A DNA stretch of 64,000 bases from Saccostrea echinata (lineage: Eukaryota), in the NCBI RefSeq assembly GCF_033153115.1, contig NW_026889805.1:10974001-11038000 (forward strand). The letters run 5' to 3'. The position numbers and the translations under genes are program-made. Positions 54,407 to 64,000 of the stretch are shown here, in pieces. Each line of letters opens with the position of its first letter. Positions within the stretch are counted from its first letter, which is position 1. The notes under the pieces are model-generated. The model made no database searches and was not told the DNA's origin. It worked only from the letters and a program-made list of their open reading frames with translations.

Positions 54407-55299
54407 TCTCTCAGACTCTCCAATAATGCCAATAGCTCTCTGATGAACGTACATTAAATACTTCAGCCTTATTCAACCCTCCACAGACATTGCTCTATTA
54501 AAATATTCACTTTTCCAAAGAGATGCTCAGATTTAAGGCTATTTGTCCAGAATACTCCATGTCACTTATGAACCTACTCAGCTCTTGCCAATCTCAAATG
54601 GATTATTTCTTAAGGTTCTGACAAATACACTTTTCAAGGAGTATACATAAATCTTTTGAATACTAGTCAAAATCATGTGTTTAATACATGTACATGTATG
54701 AACATTTCCTCGTAAATCAGCTACCTAACACTTTCTCCGCTAAAATGTCCCCCTAACAGTTGGCTGTTATTGTTATATGAAGAACACCGTAAATCTACTT
54801 AAATTTATTTGTACATTTAAAACAGGTGCTACAGCATGTCATTTCACAAAGGCTTCCATAGTGCTTATTTATATATAATAATTTTATACTGTTATTATAT
54901 TTACATGTTTTGATAGAATATACATATATTTATTTATTCCCTGTTAATGTCTTGTATATGAAATAAAAACGGTTTGAATTAGCACTTATTTTTTATAACT
55001 ATACCTCTTGATTCCTTGTTTATTGCAAAATATGACCTAAATTCAAATTGATCAGGTGTTCTTGGGCATCAAGACAGAGAGTTTGATCAACACACAGTTT
55101 GACAGATTATCTTATAAACCAGTAACTGTGAAAATGTAAACCAGATTTCCAAGACACTATCATTTTTTCCTCCAGATCTGTAAATCATGTATTAAATATT
55201 AAGGATTTCTTTTTCCAAATGTTGATGTGGTTTAATTTCTCATTTTATAAATGTTCTATCTAACTGGTACATAATTTCATCAAAGGGTATTGCCTAGTA

Positions 55300-55745
55300 C
55301 AGGGTGTTCCAGAATATATGAGACCATTTCATGATAATGTAAAAAATAATATAATGAATATTGAATTACAACAAATGCGCTATAAACATTGCATATACTG
55401 TACAATTTTATTCACACAATTTGACGGACATTGAAAGGAACAGGACAAAATAAGTACACTTTAAAAAATGCTATGGTTTTTAAATGATGTCCTCTAAATG
55501 ACATCCAATCTGGGTAATGATCATATTAAAACATTGCACAAAATTCCATAATTTAAGACAGCAGTGCATTTCTCTGTGGTTATATTCTGGATTATAATTC
55601 TAACCATGTGAGAATTTTTTACTGAATATTTTATTGCAAAATATTGTATTTATTCCAACTTAAATGAGACAAATATCAAAGAAATTGGTCAAGACGTGTT
55701 TCTGACGGTTATTTCAAATGGTATCATATATTTTGGGACACCCTG
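55300..55745. mobile_element. Tc1/mariner MITE
   Basis: TA|cagggtgttccagaatatatgagaccatt ... aatggtatcatatattttgggacaccctg|TA. Confidence 0.85.
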
Positions 55746-56184
55746 TAGCAGGTGCCCTCTATAGCTAGATGGACTGAGGCAGTAGTGCAAGTCTCTGCCT
55801 AAAGAAACAATAACAATTTACCTGACATGGCAACTCATGCTTTTGTACCATCTATGCCAATTATTCAAAGAACCAAATTATTTCACATTTCAAAGGCTAC
55901 CTGTCAAGCACAAAAAATGATTGTCTTCTTTCCTTCTGTTATACTTTCTACTGGTACTACATACGAATGACTCAACTGTACATTTATGTACAATGCTACA
56001 GTCACACATCATTTATTGCACAATTATGACCTATGAGAATAAATGAAGTACATTGTACCTCTCAAATGCTTGTTAAATAGTATTGCATGGTAATGAAAAA
56101 GAAAAAATGATAAAATATCAAATAGAAATCACAATCACATGTCTGATAATAATACTGCCATTATGTCACTGCACCAAGCATGAT

Positions 56185-59100
56185 TTAACATTCATCTTTT
56201 GAATCTGTCTCCTGATGATTCAGGTGTAATTTCCCATTTTCCTGTCCTGTATCATATCTGTATGTTGTGTTTTCAAAGCTGAGAGCTGCACCTCCCCCTT
56301 GCTGTTTCCTTTTGAAGATCACAAGAACCGCTATTATAACAACAGCAATAATGATTGCAGCAATCAAGATTCCTGCTATACCTCCACCACTCAGAGGCGA
56401 GGATCCACCACTGTCCTTTGATGCACCTAAGTATTGTGAGGAATTTTCTTTTTTAATAATATTGTAAAAACAAGAATTCTTTTCTAAGTGCTTTTACATA
56501 TTTTAAAATATTCTAAAGACTATAATTAGCTCTTCAACAACTTACAGCTCTCACTCACCTGTTACGCTAGGTCCTGTGTAGGGTGGGGGAGTTGGTATTT
56601 TTGTAGGTCTGTTTATTGTTGGTACTGAAGGTCCTTGGGGTTTCAGTGTTGAACTCGCTCCTGGGGGTCCTTGGGTCGGTGGACTGGCTGGTGCCAGGGT
56701 ACCGCTTGGTGAAGGAAAGGTTGAATTAGAGGGCTGTGGTGGTGTATGGGGATAAACATCTGATACTGATTAAAAAGAAAAGGTGGTTAGAACATCTACA
56801 ATAGTGCTTATAAGGTTTATCCTTGCAGAGAAGCACATCTATTTTTGTTTTCAAATTGATGTTATGATGGTTTCATTCCTTTAAGCTTTAGTTAAAAAAT
56901 ACAATGCACATGTATTCACTTTTGAAAATAGTTACATATTGGTTAAATCTTCATAAAATACATATATTGTGACAGTAACTCTCCTTTTGTAAGAAAACCC
57001 TCTATCTTGCCTTTTTTCCCATCAGCTATTAGTTGTGTCTAGTTTTAATACTGTAAATCTATGGTTGAATATAGAAAATATATACTCCTGACACTACCTG
57101 GATTTCGCTGACAGATGTAGCCCCGTTTTTGTGTACAGTCCAGGTCATTCCATTTGCCATTCCAGGCATGAATCTCCACGCAATTCTCATTATTGCCCCA
57201 CTGGTCATGTGATGAAGGCTCATTAGCATCCCAGTTCAAGAAGTTTGTGGGACTCTGGTCAGACCAGCTAAATCCAGCTGCAGAAAGAGTAAATTTCAAC
57301 CATGAATTTTTATACATTTCTTAAAAAATGGTAAATTTAAGTTCTTTTATTAAACACCACAAATTTTCGGGTTTATAAACCAATAATTTTTATAATACTT
57401 GGAGAGAAACTGGGGGTCCAACTTCGACTTCCACAAGAAAAAAATGCTCATTTCTGAAAATATCCCTGTTTTCAATATGTACCTGCACGATGAAGATTTG
57501 CAAAGAACTGCCCAGAAGCCCTCAGCTTTTACTTAGTACTTTGCCTGATAGCATAACTTACATGATGAAGACTTGTGAAGACCTGCCCAGAATCCCTCAG
57601 TTTGTACTGAGTACTTTGCCTGGATGGTTTTTAGTAAGAACTGGTTCTGTGCCATGCTGTGTATAGACACCAAAGATGCCCTGTGACTCTGACATTCAAG
57701 GGTTGCATCAAGATATGTCCTATAATCATCGGGACGGAATAGCAGACATTTGCTTCCATTTAGGAGCCATTCATGTCCAGAGCACAGGTTGTTAGGTGCT
57801 GGAGGTGTGACTGGGGGATTATCTGTACAGAAGGAAAGTCATCAAATTGTAAATGAAAATCTTGTCAGGTTATTCAAAGCCACACAAAATCACAAAGTCA
57901 AAAAGAGGAATCAAATAGAAAATAAAAATCTTTTCAGGTTATTCATAGCTAGATTCCTTGTAATTTATGCTGAAATTAAATTACTGCATGGTTCTAAGTC
58001 TGAAAAATCTCAGTGATTAATACTACTGTAGAAGTACTTTAAAAGCAAATAGTGGCAATCCAAGAAGTCTGCATAATTTTCTACATGCTGATAGAACAGA
58101 AATTGTGGTTCCATGGAAATTTAACCCCGTGGAAAAATGTATGTTTCAAGTATATTTTATATTATTCAAGAAAAAAAATTTTTTTTTTCCATCACAGAAT
58201 TTTAACTTGTTCTAATTACCTGATGTGATTTTACAGACATAAGATAAAGTCTGTGTACAGTTGGTAGTCTGCCATTTTCCTGTGGTGCTGTTGATGCTGA
58301 CACAGGCACCAGTGTGTTCACTGGGCTGTCCAACATCCCAGGCTGTGTAAATCACCGGCCACACAGTGTTCATCCATGTAAATGTACCAGTGCTCTATAG
58401 ACAGAATGACCAATGTCAGTTAATTACTACATCATTAAAATTAATAAGTTATGTATCAGGTCAAAGTCAGGACACTGCCTTATAATAAATAATATAATAG
58501 TCATCTGTGAAATTGTTTATTAAGGGCTTTTGCATTAAGGAAATAAAGTCACGGAACACACATCTGTGCTGTATACTGACAATATAAAATGATAACGCAT
58601 CATGCACAGTCCAATCCCTACATTTTTTTAACCATAGGAAATTTAATCTCTAAAAAATGGTGTCCTTACCTTGATATCATTAAGTCCTATCCATGTTTCA
58701 ACACCATCCACTAAGAGTCTGACAAAGGCTTGTTCAAACTCACTAGAGATTGTCACCAGGAAGGCCCCTTGTCTCGCACAGTCAGCTCGAGCATCGGGCC
58801 ATGACTTAGGATTGGAGACAAACTTAAAACATCCATTACCAAAAGGCTTGTATCCTTGTTTACTGTTACATGGGTTAGGTATGGGTTCTGGTGTGGTAAT
58901 ATAGGTTTCTGTGAACATAAAACAAAGAAATCATCTGTTACATTTATCTCGTAGAATACAATGCCAGCTTGTTCAAATTCAAAACTGGAGATCATCATAA
59001 GGAAAGTCCCTTGTCTTGTTGAGTCCATAATAGATTCAAATCAATTATAAGCAAGTCCTTACTTCTCATGGTTTCACAGATGAAAGGTTCCTTATTGTCA

Positions 59101-62100
59101 CAGCCTAAATCATCCCATCTCCCAGCATTGTGTTGATATCCATATATCCTTCCACACATGGTCTACACAGATTATATACAATCTGTTAATATTTACCTAC
59201 ACAATACCTATATTTCAAATTGTACATTACCTATACAATATATGTGTTAGTTCTTCATTAATTAAATGTATTTACACATACAATACAGTAAAGAACTGCG
59301 AACGATAGTATTATTCTCCCACCTGCCTCCAAGTCAATTTTCAAAAGTTAACACATTTGAATGATTTTTCATATCTATACAAAAATTCCTTTTTACAGGT
59401 AATGTGGTCTGTCATTTCACAAATTCAAACCAAAGCTTTTTGTGTTTCACTGGGGGGGGGGGGGGGATATATAAAAATGCTTATTTTTCACCAACTTCAA
59501 AGTGGTTTACAACTAAAACATTGTATTTTATTAATAATATATGTTAAATTTTATGTGAGTACAACATAAGACAAGATTTAAGGAATGTTTATTCATACTG
59601 TATATCCAAGAATATTTTAAAATGTGGTGATGCTTTAAAGCCCGATTTCAATGAAAAATATCGTCTACCCTTCTTATTTAAAGAGCTGGAATTAGGGGTA
59701 ATTAACTGCTTAATACTGAAATTAAAATTATCAGTCAATTACCATTGAACTGTTCTTTGCATTCAACAAAGATTTTACGGCCAAATTGCCATTAGTATTA
59801 AATTAATTGGGTTTAAAATGTAGGCGGGAATCTCGAGTTAGCGTGCATAGTTCCTATGTAACATTACATCTATCTGTGTCTTCATTGGCTAAGAAACAAA
59901 AAAAATATCAACTGATACCGGTACATTTTTACTGGCATCAAAGGGAAATGACAAATACTAACAATCCATAAGCCTGACTTGCTTCTGCCAATGTAAAATG
60001 TAAATACTCCCCTCCACCTTGTAAAATGGTATTATAATACTTTTATCCCTGACCTTAATTGTAAAAATGTATAATGTTATATGTACTTACACTTCCTGAT
60101 CCCCCATTGGGTTCTCCCTTGTACCAATTTGTGTAAGTGACATCATTATTGTCAGCCCAACGTACAACTCCATTGCTCAAGCGGAGACCAATCCAGGGGC
60201 TGATGTTCAACCCCCTCAGCAAAGTTGTCACAAAAGCTGTAACATGAAGATTCAATATCAGCAAGGTTGTCACAAAAGCTGCAACCTGAGGGTCCAACAT
60301 AGCCTCCTTTAATGTATGCAATTAATTAAAGAAATAAACATCATTTTGGGTATACACGTAGCTGCTGGTCAGAGATCTTGCTAAGCTTGGTAGCTCACCA
60401 TTATCAAGATCATGCTAAGCTTGGTAGCTCACCATCACTGAGATCAAGTTAAGATTGGTACTCATCATTATCTAGATCATGCTAAGCTCGGTAGCTCTGC
60501 AGTATAGAGATCAAGCTAAGCTTGGTAGCTCTGCAGTATAGAGATCATGCTAAGCTTGATAGCTCACCATTATCAAGATCATGCTAAGATCATGCTAGGC
60601 TTGGTAGCTCACCATCATTGAGATCAAGTTAAGCTTGGTACTCATCATTATGTAAATCATGCTAAGCTTTGTAGCTCTGCAGTATAGAGATCATGTTAAG
60701 CTTGGTAGCTCACCATTATCAAGATCACTGTTAATGCTGGCCAAGTAATACTTCTCCCTGCCCTGAGCCACACAGAATTTGGATGCATTGGACCATGACA
60801 TAGGACTGGTAAACACCTTGTAGCATTTGTTGCTGTACTGTGCAGCTGAATATCCCCCTGGACAGTTCCCCTGGATTTTGGGAGGGGCAGGATTTGTAGG
60901 GGTGGCTCCCAGTCTCTTCTCACAAACAAATCCCCGTCTACTTGAACAGTGTTCATCATTCCATTTACCTGAATTGAAGGAAAGATTAATCATTGATTTA
61001 TAAGCAGTTTGAACTTGTATATGAAAAATCAATTATGTATCTTAAGATCATGTGTATATGTATTTCAAACCCACAATCACATTAACTGAGATTATTTTGC
61101 TTTCAAATATCACTTCTTTCAATAATATAATTACCTGAGTGTGACTGTATCTCACAGTAAATTTGTAATCATACAATTACTCATTCTTCAGTGACAGAGT
61201 GATTTTGAGTAGCCTATGATTATTTTTCTCTGTGAATCTCACCATTAGCAACTCTGATTTCCACACAGTCCTCAGCACCAAAGAAGTCATTGGGTTCTCC
61301 TGGATACCAGCTAACGAACGACACCGGACTGCCATCAGACCACCTGGAGACAAGTACAGCATTGATAAAATCATTTTCAATTATCAGGACCAAGAAAAAA
61401 TATATCATTCAGCCCAATAAAGGTAATGAACTACATGTATGTGACAAAACTTAAAATGATGAACTACATGTATGTGACAAAACTTAAAATGATGTTCTCA
61501 GCATTTAGATAAAGGTATCTTATACTCATTTAGATTGATATTTTGTAGGGATGTCAATCGATTACAGAATTGCTTATCGGTTAACCGCAAGACGTTCCAA
61601 CCAATTAACCGGTTAATCGTAAGAAAAAATACACATTTTCTTGACATTTCTTTTTCAAGTAGCTCTACTCATAGTAAGATGTTAGAAACAATCTGTTTAT
61701 CTTGATCAGGAAACTACATATACATATATTTTATTTCAATTTCAATAGATAAGAAAAAAATTATGAAAACCATAAAACATGCCTGAGAAATCAGACATTG
61801 ATAGTTTTTTTAGAGCAGATGTTAAACATTCTGTATTGTAGCCATAATCAAAACTAAGTCTGAACTTTCACTTACATGTAATTTACAATGTTTGTCGAAT
61901 AATATAATTTGATAGATAACTGCAAAAGATAGATATAATAATTCACAGTGCTCAATGGTGATTTATTTAACATCATTAAAGAATTACAGGACAGTTTGGG
62001 TTACGACCTGTTGTTTGTATACAGTAATTAACACTTCACAAACTGAGCAATTACCACCCGATCTCAATCAGGAGAACAATAATTACCTCCAAATCAGCTT

Positions 62101-63971
62101 AAATAGATATGTGAAAACAACAAATTGTAAACGTTTTTGTAGAAGTTTCATTTTTAAAAATGAATTGTAAGAAAATTGCATTCAAATTTACATACATTTT
62201 GTTTTTTTCCCCGACTAACCATTTACAGGTTTTCTAACCGATTACCATCGTTCTGACCGAGTAATTGGTTAACCGGTTGCAAATTGCCATCCCTAATATT
62301 TTGTAATGATCATGAATTGGTGCACTAAAATCTGCCAAATATATACATGTATATTAGTATTAAAATTAAAGACATAAACGTTTTTTTCACAGTAGTGTAA
62401 AATATATTCATAACCTACTTGTATCCAATGCCAAAGTCCACCTCACTCAATCCTATCCATAAATCTGCTGCTGAGGTATTTAGGATCTGAAGCAATACAA
62501 GAAATAATGATGTCAAGGTTTAACACCTTAATATTACATGTACATATTACAATATGATCTATAAATCATAGCAAACTGTCTTTTTAATTTTTACAAAGAC
62601 AAATTGCTTATAGCAACATTCTTTTACATTTAAAAATTTATTTATGTTTAATGGACACAAATTAATCAAGATGTTCTAGGATACTGGGACAGAGAGAAAA
62701 AAAACGCAATTAGGGATCACTTTACCCGGCATCTGACTGTCTAGCTGTCCATCCGTCACACCCTATATCTTTAGAACTGTATGAGGTATGGATTTGATAT
62801 TTTGCACATATATTGCTTGGCACTATGGCTTTTGTAAATTACCATGGTTACTGACCTTGTGACCCTTGATCTACTCTTCTAATAGTTTATAGTGCTGATA
62901 TACAGCATATTTTTTTACATTTAAGAGGTAAATCTACATGCATGCTATTTAGCATGTGCACTGCTTGTCACAATCCACTTGACCTTTGACCTACTTTACA
63001 AAAAATACCCTGGGCAGTTTAATTTAACAAATAACGTTTGAATTTTGAGGGGCAGAATTTTGATAATAAGCATTTATGTATGTTTATGAGCTCATGATAC
63101 TGTGCTTTGAAACTGTATAGTATTCAGTTACCACACAAACTTATATTTAAATGCTATGAAAATACAATGGGATCGGTATTCCACAATGGATCATGTAGGC
63201 TGACAATGGCAGTACAGACTGAAATCTCTTTTCCTGGATTGTTAGAAACATGTATTAATAAAATGATAAATAGTTATTTCGAATAATTTCAATTTAATTA
63301 CTGTATACAGGGTTATTTTCACCCAGTTTTATTTTCACCCCTTAACACTTGCAGACAATTATGCCCCACTTTATATTCGCTTAGACAAAATTTTGCTTAA
63401 GAGAATATGCTGTATTTTTTTCATTCTCCCCTTTTTTAATTCGCCCACTAACAATGGAGGCGAAAGGGGCGAAAATAAAATGGGGGCAAACATTTCCCTG
63501 TGTACAGTATTCATTTGGGGGTTAGGGAACCATATTTTATTTGATTGTCAGATTCTATTGCAGTCTTATACTATCCATGGATGCCATTTTTCTTTGCAGG
63601 CTAATACACGAACTATCATGTTAATAGTAAATATTCAATAAGACACTGACCATTCTTAGATTTATTTTCATCTTTAATGAAGCAACAAAGCAGGCAAGGC
63701 AACACATGCATTCCCTGGAACACTCTAGTTATTATTATTAGACTAATCCTGATGCTGAATAAAAAACTGTACCCGTACACTGTTGGACTAACCTGATGCT
63801 GAATAAAGAACTGTTCCAGTACACTGTTGACAGCAATAAGATCCCCACCCTTAGTCTGACAGAAACGCCGAGCTTCTCTCCATGTCTTAGCCTGGTTCCC
63901 TGCCCCATCGGCAATCAGGTAACAGTGGTTCTTGTAGAACACCCAGCCAATGTCTGAACCACAGCTTCCAG
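56185..63971 (-). CDS. Macrophage mannose receptor-like multi-C-type-lectin type I membrane protein (3' part; 5' end outside window)
   Basis: Exons 63971-63793, 62486-62419, 61343-61243, 60968-60714, 60236-60091, 59162-59063, 58908-58670, 58394-58220, 57822-57562, 57277-57098, 56759-56559 (Pro/Thr stalk), 56426-56185 (TM + tail); four CTLDs with WIGL, EPN/EPS, WND motifs; cytoplasmic FENTTY. Confidence 0.9.
60371..60727 (-). repeat. ~34-bp minisatellite built from an exon end plus donor (gataatg|gtgagctaccaagcttagcatgatct), ~10 copies
   Basis: Plus-strand 'agatcatgctaagcttggtagctcaccattatca' repeats continuous with the real donor at 60713. Confidence 0.9.
61546..62295. mobile_element. hAT MITE
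   Basis: TAGGGATG...CATCCCTA TIRs; perfect 8-bp TSD ATATTTTG; ggttaacc subterminal motifs. Confidence 0.9.
63300..63508. mobile_element. MITE with TA flanks
   Basis: ta|ctgtatacagggttattttcaccc ... gggggcaaacatttccctgtgtacag|ta. Confidence 0.7.
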
Positions 63972-64000
63972 CTAGAGACAGGGAATTCTTATTAAATAGT

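Overview
AT-rich, intron-rich animal genomic DNA. The repeat landscape (HINE/Helentron elements with satellite cores, many MITEs) looks like a bivalve, probably an oyster (inference). Host genes: (1) a 22-exon secreted Sushi/EGF/Cys-rich/HYR protein gene (minus, 11403-46549) whose 14.9-kb intron holds (2) a same-strand C2H2 zinc-finger gene and an intron-containing tRNA-Tyr; (3) a type II transmembrane LDLa/SRCR serine protease (plus, 47876-54406); (4) the 3' part of a mannose-receptor-like multi-C-type-lectin receptor (minus, 56185 to beyond the window end). Mobile DNA includes an apparently intact ISL2EU (PIF/Harbinger-related) transposon with convergent THAP-DDE transposase and SWIM-YqaJ nuclease genes (3920-9542), a miniature LTR element whose LTRs are tRNA-like (29976-30337), and many MITEs with readable TSDs. 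The most striking unexplained pattern: at about a dozen exon-intron junctions in four different genes, the junction itself has been copied into the adjacent intron. This gives duplications and minisatellite arrays of decoy 5' or 3' splice sites (2 to ~28 copies). Exon structures were read by hand from GT-AG signals and reading-frame continuity, with no transcript evidence.
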